Positions 31,987-48,905 of a stretch of 64,000 nt of DNA are shown here, piece after piece. The DNA comes from the human T2T-CHM13v2.0 reference genome, Homo sapiens, in NCBI RefSeq assembly GCF_009914755.1, contig NC_060947.1; one strand, given 5' to 3'. The translations under genes were made by a program, and so were the position numbers. The notes under the pieces are model-generated. The model did no database searches. It worked only from the letters and a program-made list of their open reading frames with translations, and was not told the origin of the DNA. Each line of letters begins with the position of its first letter. Position 1 is the stretch's first letter.

Positions 31987-33579
31987 AAATTTAGTTTTCT
32001 AATTGCTTAAATGTGTTCACTTTAATCAAAGAATTTCAATAATCCCATTATTTTTGATAAACAAATTAGTCCTTTTACCAAATCTCTCTGATGTATCCAA
32101 TAAGAATATTTTTAGCATCACTTTACTCTTTAGATTCCTGTCTCTCATGGCTTAAATGCTTATCTGAATTTTGAAGAAGACAAGATTATTTTCTGCTAAG
32201 CTAGGTCAGAAATAACTTTAACATTTAATTTAACTCCTTTATCATGTTTAATTGCATAGTAATAGATATTTTGGTTGAAGGTTTATACATTAAAAAAATA
32301 CATAACTGAGACATGAAACAATTTAAGTGCTCATACCTCAAATGGTCTTAGCTGTGCTCTTTACTAAGTTGTGATAAAATCTGTGTCCTGACAAGTATTC
32401 ATTTACTCAACCAGAGCCCTTAACTCCCTAAAGTTAGTGTGGATAACTGAAGTGAATTTTGTACTTAGCTAGGAAGATTTGTTTTGCTAACCAAGGACTG
32501 TCAACACAAATTTGATGTTTTTTTGTGTGTGAATTAGCCAAAGGAGTACCCTTTCTTTCCTATCCTCTGGACTATGGCCATTTTAGAAGCATTTTAAGTA
32601 TATTTACCTAGGGGAAGGATAAAGAAAAACAGAAAATAAAAGAACTTATAGTGGTTAATTTTTTGTGTGTAGCTCTGAATTTTATTTCTTTCCAACATCA
32701 CAACGATGATGTGAAATAAAAACTCTATACCAAAATATATTCTCCCCTCCACTCAGAGAAAAAAATGTTGGTCATATCTACAGAGAAATTCTGCTAGGCT
32801 GTATCAACCCAAGTAAAAATGATGATGGTGTAGACCATGCTGTGCCTAAGTTAGCATTCTGACAATTTAGACAGAAACACCATCTCCTTTAACTTAACAA
32901 AGACACAACATAACATGAAAAAAATCATTGGCAAAGCTAATCATATCTCTAATTTAATGTACATTTTTGTGGAATTTCTGGTTTCTGTCATCATAATCTG
33001 GTACATTTATGTTTTGAATAACATGTAACTAGTTTTACAGTTTACTGCAAATAAACTATATGTAAAAAGATATGATTTGGGGTATAAAATTTTATATTAA
33101 AAATAAAACCATAAGATTTTCTATTTTTAGTCTATTATGAAAATATAATTTAATTGGGCCTACATCTTCAAAACAATCAGAGAAGTTTGCAAGCATTACA
33201 TTATTGTTATTCAAATAATTACATGAAACAAACTAATCATGTGAAAAATAATCAAAGTCCAGTCATGCTTTTCTCCTGAACGGCTCTGTCTTATATACAC
33301 TGGCATATCAATAAATATTTCTAGAATAAATATAATGAAAGTATGAAAGTGATCTGATCCCCCCCCCTCGACATCATTGGATTTCTTTCCTATAATAAAG
33401 ATCAGCAATATTTTTCATTCAAATAATGGGACAAGGCAGGACAGGAAATTGTGTGAGCATCACTGGCTGTCAGGAGTGGAATTAGCTCTAGGTAACAGTT
33501 CAAATGCCTTAAAAATAATAGTAATGACACCTCTAGACAGTTTCTAATGGAAATGCGTATCTATTCTTGGGAGGTGCAA

Positions 33580-33790
33580 GGAGTACAGAAGTTAAGAGTA
33601 CAACCCTGGAGTCAGAGTGTTTGAGCTCAAGGACTGGCCCAGCCACTTTCTAGCTGAGGAACCTTAGCCAAATGACTTCAAATTTCTTACCTGAAAATGC
33701 TTACCAGCACCTACATTTCAAGGAATTGTTGTAACAATATAATGTAGGAGGCCATATGAAATATTATATCCCTGGCATACATCAGATAGT
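33580..33790 (+). mobile_element. MIR
   Basis: ctggagtcagag...ccactttctagctgaggaaccttagccaaatgactt MIR core. Confidence 0.6.
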
Positions 33791-34344
33791 GATGAAGATG
33801 ATGATTATTTCTATTACCAGTAAGTAAATTACTAGAAAGCAATGTTATTACTATTAGTCTCTACATTGCTAAGAAGACCAGAAGCTAGCCGTCTGATGCC
33901 CCAATACCGGCTACCTTAGTGTTTGACATACATTTCAAAGTGAGATATTCACCATTAGAAGTAACCTTATACTGAGAAAGCCTATCGCCAAAAGGTCATA
34001 CTTTGTGAAAATACTTTAAAATGCAAGGTATACTAGCCATTATGGAGTAAGCATCTATTGTTAGACTCTGCAAGCTATGTCACTCTAAAGGCAGAGACAA
34101 TCTCCAGAGGGGATGGGGCTGACAACATTAAATGTGTCATGGTGTGTGCACAGTGTGGTTGCCCATAGATAACACCCATGATCAAAGGCAAGGGTTCCCA
34201 CTTCCTTCACTCCTCAACCTCGCCTGCATGCCTACCTGGAGAAAAAGGACAAAACACTTATTCCCACCCTCACTCTCCTGTACCCTTAATCCTTCAAAGG
34301 TACAGGGTATTAGCCCTCTTTGCACATGGAAGGCCGTTTTGGCT

Positions 34345-34654
<310 letters not shown>

Positions 34655-35190
34655 TGTTCTGGCTCTTTCTAAATGGCAACAGGATATTGCCCTACTTATA
34701 CATGTCATGACTTCCTGGTGGGTCTGAGGAAGGATGTGGAGAGTGAGGAAATGGTGTGGCTGTGGTAACAAGATGCCAGCCCGAATCCAGGAGTCAACAC
34801 AGGCTGAGGCCAGGAATGTCTCAAGAGAGACGAAGAAAAGTGTACAACAGAAAGGAGAGGGACTGTCTTTCCAGGCCTCAGAGTCATGAGAGGTTTGTGA
34901 GTCCAGACGGTACCCAAGGAAATGATAAATTACAACTGTTCAAGCACTACTAATCTGAGAAGTCTCTATCAGAGACATGGTTGGTGATCCAGATCCCTAG
35001 AGACAGTTCTGTGCTGTCAAGAGGATTGGAGGATCCATAATGGTCTGACCTGACAGTGATGTGAAAGAGAGGACTCAGCCTCCCAAATTTTAGCACTTTC
35101 TCCAATGTGATACTCTCAGGGGATGCTGTTAGGTATGAAAATCTCAAGGCAAAAGACAAACACATTGAGAGTCACTATTTTTGAACATAC

Positions 35191-35442
35191 CTTCACTTTT
35201 CCTCTGCATTTGGAATTTAACTTCATGGGGACTGCTCTTGGGGGATATGTCCCCAACTAGTGGTGAACTTGTGGTGCCTGGCACACTTCGAGAAAAATCC
35301 TGGGAGACTGAAGTATGAATATACATAGGATTTCTACAGGCAGGATTCAAATAATTTCCTGAATTTAGTGATGAGCTCTTAGAATCTTCTGAAAGATTCT
35401 CCTCTTTGGGAATGGCACTTCCCCCAGCAAACAATGGTTCTC
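35191..35442 (-). CDS. SCML2: SCML2 exon (GEPLFAGGSAIPKEENLSED...KFQMQRKSE)
   Basis: ctgtag acceptor, G|gtatg donor, 252 nt, phase 1-1; ORF 35144..35476. Confidence 0.95.
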
Positions 35443-35614
35443 CTACAGGGAAAAAGACAAAGGAGGCTATCTTCAATAGACTTACAATTCAAATACTACT
35501 AAAAGGTTAAAAATCTCATCCCTAGCAATAGTTCACTTAACTTGTGCTATACTGAACCACAATGCTCTAACACAAAGTTCATGGCTATCCCCTCCTTGGT
35601 ATGGATGCATACAC

Positions 35615-35872
<258 letters not shown>

Positions 35873-36382
35873 GGCATTTATATTAATGGACATTGTCCTA
35901 CAGTCCAAAGTGATTCCATATCACCTATATTTTTCATAGTAACTTACTATCATTTGCCAGTCTTGCCACCAAGGCTATAAACACCTCACTGAAGCATTTG
36001 TTTTTAGAAATGCAGTTCTTCATTACTATTTGTTATAATATGATCATACAGTTGGTTTCTAACATTTGTTTACTACTTGGGCAGTTACATTCTCTGGAGA
36101 AAGGCAGTAGGTTTTTCTATTCTTCTTTCTGCCAGTTTTTAGCAATACAAAAGTGAAGGAAAAAGGTTATTACAATTTTTTTTTAATCTATGGAGAAATG
36201 ACAGCCGTCCACTTCTGAAGGGAATGAAGGGTTCAACAAAGCTGTCCAAGTAGTAGCCTAACTGCCAAACTTGTTTGGGCAAATTTACCTCCCTACCTCC
36301 AATACTACCACCCCAAGAGTATACATAAGTGGTAGCAGAGAAACATTTCTTCCCAGTCCTGGGAGGTGTAAATGCTATTTAC

Positions 36383-36496
36383 CTTCAGACGCATACTCCT
36401 TTGTTTTGGGGAGCTTAGGAGAGAGAGGAACAACATATGGTACAGTTTGCTGAGGAGATCGTTTGGTGCTTTGCCTTTCTGTTACATCTTCTTTTG
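36383..36496 (-). CDS. SCML2: SCML2 exon (AKEDVTERQSTKRSPQQTVPYVVPLSPKLPKTKEYASE)
   Basis: aaacag acceptor, G|gtaaat donor, 114 nt, phase 1-1. Confidence 0.92.
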
Positions 36497-38785
36497 CTGT
36501 TTTCAAAGAAAAAACAGTTGTCTGTTATAACGAACTAATATACTCAAGCATTTTCATATCATCAGCATGAAACACTTCTGTTTCTACATCATTTGCCTAC
36601 AATACCTTCATTGAGAACTTCTCAATTATTTGATGTTCATGAATAACATGTGTCTATTTCATCCTATTTTATATTTTCACTGAAATAATATTCAAGAGTT
36701 AAAAGCATTTCCAGAAGGAGCATATCTAGGCTTCTTTATTCTGAGGTTATCAGATCTCTCTAAATATCTCACAAGACAGTGAGGCAACCCATTAAAATGT
36801 GTCTAAAATGGCCTGAGAAAATTGTTCCCATGAGCCAGAGGAGTTAAAACTTCAGAGAAATTAAATGATATAATATAATGAACATCCATTTTGTTAAGTA
36901 ACAATCCTGGCCTAGAGCTACCCTTAAAACAAGTCTACTGCTTACTTATCATTCAACCAAATGCACTTCTACCTAAAGGACCACTCCGTAAAGCATGATC
37001 CTGAAAGTAAAGACAGCTTTAATTATCAGTTATACCCTAAGTATCAACAAATATCCTGATTTAACCTCCAACTAAAAGGACAAATAAGGTGTAAGAGAAA
37101 TCTAAAAAGTCTGATAGTAGACCTCAAAAGAGAAGAAAGATTGCAATGAGTATCAAAGTCAAACTTCATCTGGTTCAAAATTTTGGCTGAGGGCCAGGCA
37201 TGCTTCTCAAAATCTTATGATGAGCAACCTTTAGCTCAATCTAGTTACTCAGTGAATCCCAATGAGTCCAGTAGAGCTCTTACCACTTTAGTTTCATTTT
37301 TAATAATGGACTGTAAAACCAACAGGCAAAACATATCTCATATTTCTACAATTAAGACATTAAATTCTAAGGAAAGAAATAACTGGCTTTTCATACCCAT
37401 TTAATAATATGGAATATTCGAGTTCTAAAATATAGTTTTCTATAAATGTTTATTTACCTCAGAATCTCGGCAAGATTAGAAAAAGTCTTCATCATTTATT
37501 TGTAATGTACTCATGCTTTATGAAAAGTTTATCAAGCTGGGTATGGTCTACTATCTGGGGCTGAAACAAATATAAAATTGACTCGACTTCTGCTTCTGCG
37601 TATTGTAGTAAGCTAAGGGAGCAAAGTGTTCCTACAGAGATAACTAGGAAAAGCCAGGTAATTTACAAAGTATTTTTTAAATCATCAGAGAAGCACTTCC
37701 AGGATGACTGATCAAAGACCTCCAAAAATCTACTCCTTCATAAAAACAATGAAAACACTGGCAAAAACTATAAAAACTATCTTTTTCAAAACTCTGGAAA
37801 TTAAAGACTTGCAACAATCCAAAGTGTTTAAGAAAAATGGATGGATCTCAGAAAAAAACAGCAAATTCTGTGGCATTTTAACTTGCCCTAATATAATCCC
37901 CCTCACCCCATTTTCACAGTAGCCTTGAAAACCAACACTTCACAACTACAGCAGGTGTGAAAAACAGCCATGCGATAATCGCTGGAGGGGGCACAATGGG
38001 TTTGGAGCTCTCCAAAAGCCCCATGCCCAGAGAACTATCACTATTAGACCAGTCTCGAAGCTCACTGAAAAGCTCCTTTTCAGGGTTTGTCTTTTTTTGA
38101 CCTAAATTAGAGCTTGTTCTGTGTGAACAACCCCATCTCCAGGGCATCTGACGGGGGAAAATGGTGGCAACTGTTTAACTTTGCAGCTGCCTGAGACAAT
38201 ATTACCAGTCAGGGCTAACAACAGGCTGGCCAAAAAGCTTAAAAGGAAAAACTGGGTATAAGATGTCCCCTAGGAGACTTTGAAAAACACAAACATATTC
38301 CTGGGAATCTAGACGGTTCACATGCATATGCACAGATGTATACATGCATGTCCAGGAAAGACATGAGAACACCCTAATCTTTCATCTCTGGCTGACCTTG
38401 AGGCTCTGCACAAGGTTGACTTACAAGCTGCCTCTTGGAGCACTGAAGTTATGTCCCAACACACACAGAAAATCCCTTGGCCAAGGCTGGGAGATACACT
38501 GGTTCCAGGCATTTAAGGAAATATCTACCCAATCATTAGCTAACCACATTAAGCTAACCAAGCAGACTTCAGTGGCCACTCTTAACAAAGAAACACAGAC
38601 TTTACAGAATTAGTCGAGGAAAAGTCACTAAACAGCACCAGCAACAACAACAAACCCTAGGGAGAAGGGAATCTGATTTCCAGAGTTGCCATTATATGAT
38701 TTTTAAATGTCCAGTTTTCAACAAAAAAAAAATGAGACATGCAAAGAAACAGTATGGTCCATACAAAGGAAAAAAAAATCAGTAA

Positions 38786-39295
<510 letters not shown>

Positions 39296-39384
39296 CTAGA
39301 CAAATACTTTAAATCAACTATTATAAATATTTTCAAGGACCTAAAAAATGAAAATCATGTCTAAAGAACTAAAAAAAAGGCTGG

Positions 39385-39751
39385 TGTATTAGTCTGTTCT
39401 CAGACTGCTAATAAAGACATACTGGAGACTGGGTAATTTATAAAGAAAAAGAGGCTTAATAGACTCACAGTTCCACATGGCTGGGGAGGACTCACAATCA
39501 TGGCAGAAGGCAAAGGAGGAGCAAAGGCACGTCTTACATGGCAGCAGGCGGAAGTGCAGAGCAAAGGGGGGAAGCCCCTTATAAAACCATCAGATCTCAT
39601 GAGAACTCACTCACTATCACAAGAACAGCATGAGGGTAACTGCCCCCATGATTCAATTACCTCCTACTGGGTCCCTCCCATGACCTGTGGGGATTATGGG
39701 AACTATAATTCAAGATGAGATTTGGGTGGGGACACAGCCAAACCATGCCAC
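39385..39751 (-). mobile_element. THE1/MST MaLR solo LTR
   Basis: tgtattagtctgttctc...gagatttgggtggggacacagccaaaccat. Confidence 0.9.
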
Positions 39752-39921
39752 CTCATCTCTACTAAAAATACAAAAATTAGCCAAGTGTGGGGGCACACAC
39801 CTGTAGTCCTGGCACTCTGGAGGCTGAGGTGGGAGGACTGCTGGAAACTGGTGGCAGAGGTTGCGGTGAGCCAAAATCACACCACTGCACTCCAGCCTGG
39901 GTAACAGAGCAAGATTCCATT

Positions 39922-39953
<32 letters not shown>
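39752..39953 (+). mobile_element. Alu linker and right arm with long poly(A)
   Basis: tctctactaaaaatacaaaaattag...A-tail. Confidence 0.88.
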
Positions 39954-39956
<3 letters not shown>

Positions 39957-40543
39957 GGAAGTGAAAAGACAACCCCAAAGAATGGGATAAAATACATGCA
40001 AAGCATATACCTCATATAGGACTTGTATCCAGAATATACGAAGAACTCTTATGACTCAACAATAAAAAGACAATGAAACCAATTAAAAATGGACAAAGGA
40101 TTCGAACAGACATTTCTCTGAAGATATACAAATGGCCAAAAAGCATAAGAAAAGATGCTCATCATCAACTACTGGAAAAATGCAAATCACACCATAATGA
40201 GATACCATTTCGCACCTGCTAGAATGGGTATAATGAAAAAGATGGACAATAACAAGTGTTTAAAAGGAAAAATTGAAACTTTCATTCACTGCTGATGAAA
40301 ATGTAAAATGGTATAACCTCTTTGGAAAAGTCTGTCAGGTCCTCATCAAGTTAAACAGAGTTAACCATATGACCCAACAATTCCACTCCTAGGTTTGTAC
40401 CTGAGAGAACACGTATCCACACAAAAACTTATATACAAATGTTCATTGCAGCAGCATTCCTAATAGCCAAAAAGTGGAAACAATCCAGAAGTACATCAAT
40501 TGATAAATGGATAAACATAATATAGCCATACAATAGAATATTA

Positions 40544-40918
<375 letters not shown>

Positions 40919-42199
40919 ACATTATGCTAAGTGAAAGAAGCCACACACAAAGGTTGCATATTATATGATTCTATTAATATGAAATGTCTAGAATAGGAAA
41001 ATCTATAAAGACAGAAGAAAGTCAATAAATGGTATCCAGTGGTGAGGGGGAAAAGACATTGAGGGATGATAGTTAATAGGTATGGGATTTCTATTGGGGG
41101 TGATGAAGACAGTGGTGATGACTGCACAACTCTGTGAATACACTTAAAAAATACTGAATTGTATACTTCTAAAAGGGTGAAATTATGGTATGTGAATTAT
41201 ATCTCAATAAAGTTACTATAAGAAAAGCATCCTCAAAGTATAGCAGTCATAGGAACTAATAAAATCCAATTCCAGAAGGGAAGAACCATTCTAGTCTAAA
41301 CTGAAGATTTCGTCATATTTTTTCCCTGTAGGAATCTGCTGATTCTTGGCACTACAGTGAAAATAGAACTTGACACAGGCAGAGGGCCATACCTAGGCAA
41401 AAATAAATCAAAAAAGATTTAGCAGCTTCACACAGCTGGAGTGACAAATCAGAAACTCAAACTCAGCTGGTTTTCCCCCATGGGATATTTGCCAAGTTCT
41501 GGAGCTATACAGGAAGCTGGGGAGTTAGGCTGAAAACTCTTAAAAGGCACGCTGAAATCTCTCACAGTCTCATGATGCTTAAGAAATAAAGACCCACCAG
41601 GGGGTCTTTATTTTATTGTGTGTTTGTGGCAAACACACAAGCCACCTAAACACAGGTGCAAAGTTGTGATAATACATGAGGAAGAAGGCTAAAGAGCTGA
41701 GCAGCAAACCCCTGAAGAAGGGAAGTACAATTCCCCAGTCTTTCAAGGCTAAGGAGCTAGGGAATTCCCAGGTTCTCAATCAAAATCCTGGGAAAGTAAC
41801 ACCTGAAGAATAGCGAGGAATCAGGAGATAGACTGAGTCTTACTAAAACTGCTATTCAGTCCCAACCCAGCTCAATCACTGAATGGAATGAGCCCTCCTT
41901 CTTTCTGCTTAAAAAAGAGGAAACTTTTTAAGGTAGAAATCTGGAGCTTCTGCAGATCTTTTATATACAATGTCCCATATACAAAAAAATAGTGGTAAAC
42001 ATGCAAAGAAGTAAGACCATATAACCAACTATTGAGAGAAAAACTACTGGTGTCAGTAGACAAAGACTATAACGCAATTTTGATGAATATGTTCAAGAAA
42101 ACAGGAAAAATGGACAGAAAAGATCAAAGAATAAAAAATTTCACCTAAGAATTATAATCTATTTAAAAAAGCAGAGAGCTGATAGGAAAGTAAACTGAG

Positions 42200-42780
42200 G
42201 CAACCACTTTGAAAAACTGTTTGGCAGTATCTACTAAAGCTTAATCTATGCATTTCCTGTGACCTAGCAATTCCCTCCAAGATAGATACAGGAACAGAAA
42301 GACGTGTATAGAATGTTCATGATAACACTATTTATAAGAGTACAAAACATAACACTATTTATAAGGGCACAAAACAGAAAGCACTCAAATGGATACATAC
42401 CATGGTAGCATATTTATACAACAGAATATTATACAGCAATGAGAATGAATGATCTAACTATATGCAACAATACAGATGAAACTTACAAACATAATGATAG
42501 GCCAAAAAAGCTAGGCACAAGAGTAAATGCTGTATAATTCCATTTCTATAAAGTTCAAAAATAGGCAAAAGTAATATATGGTACTAGAAGTCAGGACAGT
42601 AGGTATCCTTGTGCGAAGTGAGGGGTAGTAGTGGATTAAAGGGGGTTTGACACATTAGCAGTGCTTCTAGGGTACTAGTAATAGCTACTTTTCCAACCAG
42701 TGACTGATTATACAGGCATGAAAATTAATCAAGCTACATTCCATGTATAATTTTCTCTATGTATACTATACTTCAGTAAA
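42200..42780 (+). mobile_element. Old L1M 3' fragment
   Basis: accactttgaaaaactgtttggcagtatctactaaagc...gacctagcaattcc. Confidence 0.65.
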
Positions 42781-43229
42781 ATGTCTTCAAAATTACTGCT
42801 AAAATATGCAAACACTAGATTTGTCAGAATCAAAGTCTCCTAAGAAGAGCACTCTATCTTAAACTATTTTTGAGTCACTTATTTTAAAAAATGTAAGAGA
42901 AATGGGATACTAGACGTGAAATCTTAGTAATAACCTCATAGCATTTATATGCAACTTCTTTAACTACAAGCTGACTTAAGAAAAACATAAGAGTTCCAAC
43001 TCAAAGCCATTTTCAAATGGCTAAATTAAGCTTTCTGTGACAGAAAATTAATAACCCCTAAAATAATGTAAAATATGTGGATTATTCAGTGTATTTTTTC
43101 AAATAGTTACCTATTCTGATTATTTGATTAATCTGAAAATTCAAACATTTTGTGTTCAATTTAAAGAAGAATTACATTTTCTTTAAAATCTTTCAAAGAA
43201 TGAGGCTTTGTAAATTACTGGCATTCTTA

Positions 43230-43553
<324 letters not shown>

Positions 43554-43799
43554 TCAGGAAATTGTACTCTCAACATCTCCAACTCGTATTTTTCCCCAAA
43601 TTACTCTTAGAAACAGAAAACCTATCAATACACAGACACCCCTCTTCCCACACAGGTGGCCCTTCCCTTCCTAGCCATCTTCCAAATTTCCTACCATTTT
43701 GGATGACCTCCTACCTCTCCTGAAGAAGGAAAAAAAAAGGATAATATCACATGAAAACATGAAACCTCACTCTTCCTCTTCCCCCTAGTTCTAACAGCT

Positions 43800-44080
43800 A
43801 CCTTTTATTGCTCCTACTTCATGCCAGGCATAATGCAGGCTAAGAATTTACATATACTTTCTTTCAATTTCACAACCAAAGAGGTATCCACTTTGCAGAT
43901 AAGGAAACTGAGAACTAGAGAGGCTCAGTACTTTGTCTATGGGCACATAGCTAGTTAACAGCAGGAACTGAATTAAAATGTAGGCCGGTCAGACTTTATA
44001 CTCTTTCAGCAGAGATTACAAGGCCAGGATTGGAACCCAGGTCTGACAAACTCCAACACCTGTGCTCTCCATGCCACTGC
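43800..44080 (-). mobile_element. MIR fragment(s)
   Basis: cactttgcagataaggaaactgag...cacatagctagt. Confidence 0.6.
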
Positions 44081-44760
44081 TTCTCCATGTATACTTTTTG
44101 CAAGCATGTCACAGTATCATACCTTTATTTCAAAGGGACTCACTGGACAGCTACACCAGAGGGGAGAAACTGGAAAGAGGACTCCAGTTAGAAGCCTGCT
44201 TTACTAAACCAGAGAAGGGGTTAGTACAGTCTGAAGCAGGGTAGTAACAAGGAAATGGAAAAAAGGGGATGGATATGAGAGATGTCACTGAAGTAGAGGA
44301 GACAAGCTTTATGAAGAAGGGTGAGGGTAACCAGGAGGACCAGAAAAAAAAGTAGTAGCTAGAGACGTGGTACCCACGCTTCACACTTGAGTGGCACGTG
44401 AATTAGAATCCCTGGACTTAAAAAGATAGTCTGTGATGGTACTCTGTATTTCCAGAATCAGCAGCAGCTGGCCAGAAAACCATGCGGCAATAACACCTGA
44501 GAACTTCAGCTACTCTTAAAAGACCCACATACAATCCTGCCATGATCAATAGAACATAGTTAGCTTTCATGAGTCACATGAAAAAGAGACAAACCACTCC
44601 CAAAAAACAAACAGCACTTGCATAAAAGCTGAAAGAGCTTTCTTGCTTTAGGGATCAGAAGCAAGAAACCCACTTTTGGTTCTACAGGGCTATCTTACAC
44701 CTACCCTTTTATTCAGGCATCGGTTTGGGGTTCTTATGGAAGAGAAGCAACCATGGTTCA

Positions 44761-45090
<330 letters not shown>

Positions 45091-45461
45091 TCATCATTTG
45101 TCAAACCTCAATGACAACAAAATTATCTTTATAGCCAATAGGCTCAACACGCTTTGCTAACTTCTGAGGATTATAAAAGTCAGTAACTTTAAAGCCATAC
45201 TTCAGTCTAATAGAGAATGTTTAACTCTGTGAGGTAGTCAAAATGAAGCCAAACATAAGTAAGCCATGGGCTTTGATTCTGAAGTTCATTATGAATACAA
45301 GAAATTACTTTCCTATTTTGAATGAACAAAAACAACTATGTTATACATTTCTAATTAGTTCACTGTGGCTAAAATGTTTACTTTGAGGAGAACACAAGGA
45401 AAAACAATTACACAAGATTCTCAAGTGAAACAGAAGTGTAAGAGTTTACATTTTCTCTCAC

Positions 45462-45644
45462 CTGACTGATTTTTATCATGCTCTGCAGAGCTGTGAGTAT
45501 GACCCCTGGAAGAACTAAAAGGCTGGCTACTCAAAAGGTTATCACACTGCAGACTGTGGCAGAAGTTCTCAAGAAAGCGAAGAGCAAATGATGCACTGTT
45601 CACTGGAGGGAGCTGGATGGAATGAGTTTCCCCATCAAAGGAGG
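45462..45644 (-). CDS. SCML2: SCML2 exon, SLED domain C-part (ASFDGETHSIQLPPVNSASFALRFLENFCHSLQCDNL...DKNQS)
   Basis: caatag acceptor, G|gtgag donor, 183 nt, phase 1-1; ORF 45421..45603. Confidence 0.95.
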
Positions 45645-46219
45645 CTATTGGGGGAAAAAAAAGGATGTCAGTAACCTCAGAGAGATGAGAAATACAACAC
45701 TAATTAAAAAAAAAACTATCACCTTAGGAAAGGTATTATAAGTCTAATTTGTGTTCTTTGTAATTCATAAAGGAATGATCTTATATTATAAAAGCTCCTC
45801 TCAAACACAATAGCCTGTATTGGTAAAAACATCCTCATTTGAAAATACTCTTAAGTCAACAACAACAACAGAAACTCACTGATCTATGTAACACTTCCTT
45901 CTATTCCAAATATTCCATGGGTATGAATGTTGTGGTGTCTGATCATAGCCACCAACACTATCTTATTGCTTAGTGACTTCTTGAGTCACATATTTATTTA
46001 GAGCTTCTTATAGATAAAATATATTATCAGCCAAGGTACTCTGCCTATAGTGAGCTTAACACAGCATGTAAAACGAAGAATCTGTGACTTTTGTCCCAAT
46101 TTACATTATTCTGACATCATTTGTCCATTTTAAAAGTAAACTTTTCAAACCAGGGCTTAAAGTCTATAAACATATAACTCCTATAAATGTTCTATTATAC
46201 TAATATAATAAATATTACA

Positions 46220-46861
<642 letters not shown>

Positions 46862-47596
46862 CTTGAGAAAAAATGCGTATGCATACATAACAATGAGACT
46901 GATTAAAAGAAATTTTGTGAAAACACTACATAATCAATTACTATATCCCACTATCCACTTCACTCACAGAAAACCTAAATATAGTTAATATCAATGATCA
47001 TTTCTGCTACCTAAAAATATGTAAATATATTTTTACATTGATGCAAAGACACTGAACCCACAAAGAAACAATCAAAATGTTTATTCAATTTTTTAGAATC
47101 TTGTCCAAACTGATGATATAAAATCTACAGACATTTTAGGCACATCACAAAAACAATTCTTCATACATTCCCACATTATATAAAATGGCACAAAGACAGA
47201 TGAATATTTTCATCTTTTAATTGTATACACAGTACAAGAATTTCCTTTCAAAACGGGTCATCTTGCTATGCTCTTTTTTGGACTGAATTTATTTTAAATC
47301 ACCAATACTGCACCTCAATTATATTTTCTAAAGTAACCAAACAATTTAAGATATATATAACAAGTTATATTGATATATATTAATATTTTATTAATTTTAG
47401 GAAAATAAAAATGTTCCTTCTATATATACCAAGATTCATGGAAGAAAATTTTAAAATAAACTCTTTCCTTAGTATAATAAAAGCATATGATATAGAAGCA
47501 ATTCATCTATAATCACATAAATGCCAACTTCCAATAATTTTCTTTACTGAGAATCAACAAATGCAAATCAATATACACTATAAAAACATGAGGGAA

Positions 47597-47905
47597 GCTG
47601 GGCGCAGTTGGTCACGCCTGTAATCCCAGCACTTTGGGAGGCCAAGGTGGGCGGATCAACTCAGGTCAAGAGTTTGAGACCAGCCTGGCCAACATAGTGA
47701 AACCCCATCTCTACTAAAAATACAAAAATTATCTGGGTGTGGTGGCACATGCCTGTAGTCCCAGATACTTGGGAGGCGAGGCAGAAGAATCACTTGAACC
47801 CGGGAGGCAGAGGTTGCATTTAGCCAAGATCACGCCACTGCACTCCAGCCTGGGTGATGAAGTGAGACTGTCTCAAAAAAAAAAAAAACAACAAAGAAAC
47901 AAAAC
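47597..47905 (+). mobile_element. Alu (S-type)
   Basis: TSD aaaacatgaggg. Confidence 0.93.
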
Positions 47906-48784
47906 ATGAGGGCACATCACTACCAAAAATAAAATAAATTGTCCCCCTAAGAAGCATGTTATTTTTAATCCATTAATTAATATTGCAAAACTTTCACACA
48001 CACATAGTCTATATTTAGTATAAGAAAACTGATCAATCTCAGTTTTGCTCTGTTGAAATATACAATTCAATTTTGTGGCAACAGCCAGAGGAAGGACTGT
48101 TATCCTTCAGAAATGAAATAGCTATTAAAAATTCAACCCACGGTGCTGATGACATGGACAAATTCTACTGAACACAAGCGAAGCTAAACAAGGATTTCAA
48201 TGTTTTATCTCCTTTGTGTTATATCCATTTAGCTAGTCTTTCCTGCTAATTAAAAATCAGAAATAATAAACTGAAAAAAATGAGATATGTTACAACAATC
48301 ATTTTTAAAGTGACTTCTATTTTTAAAAAACTAAATTTACTTTTAGTCAGGAAAGAAAAATTAAAAGGAAAAAAAAGTCCAGGGAATAGGAGAGTGTAAG
48401 GGAGATAATTTTTAAAAGGCATTAAGAAAAGGTTTGAGGCAGCTTTGAAAATACATACCATACAAAAAGACAAATTTTGAAATGAGATAAAGGGAAAACA
48501 AGAATAGATTGGACAATGTAAATTGCATAAATCTTACTTAAATGGATAAAATACTTTAAGAGTATCTGAATTTTCAAGTGACTCATGTATTTAAAGACTT
48601 TTTCCTTAATGTAAAATGGAACAATCAGAATTTCAAAATACTTTAATATGAAAAATGCAAAGATAAATGTTTAATATTACCATCTTTTTCCCTTATTATT
48701 TTATTTCCAGGACTTCGAAGACACTGAAAATAATACAGGATAAAAGATTAGTAATTCTATACTATTTTTAAAATATGAATTTAC

Positions 48785-48905
48785 CTGTAGACATCACTAT
48801 TTTACATGGCCCAGAAGCGACATCTTTATATAACATGCCACGGTCTCTGGTCAGCGATTTTAGAGAAGCTGCAGATGTAGAACATATCACGGGCAAAGGT
48901 TTTTC
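48785..48905 (-). CDS. SCML2: SCML2 exon (EKPLPVICSTSAASLKSLTRDRGMLYKDVASGPCKIVMST)
   Basis: tttaacag acceptor, G|gtaa donor, 121 nt, phase 0-1; translated by hand. Confidence 0.93.

Noticed and set aside
42322-42375. 27-bp tandem duplication (similar small ones at ~26625 and ~54078)
   Set aside because: Ordinary slippage duplications with no functional context.
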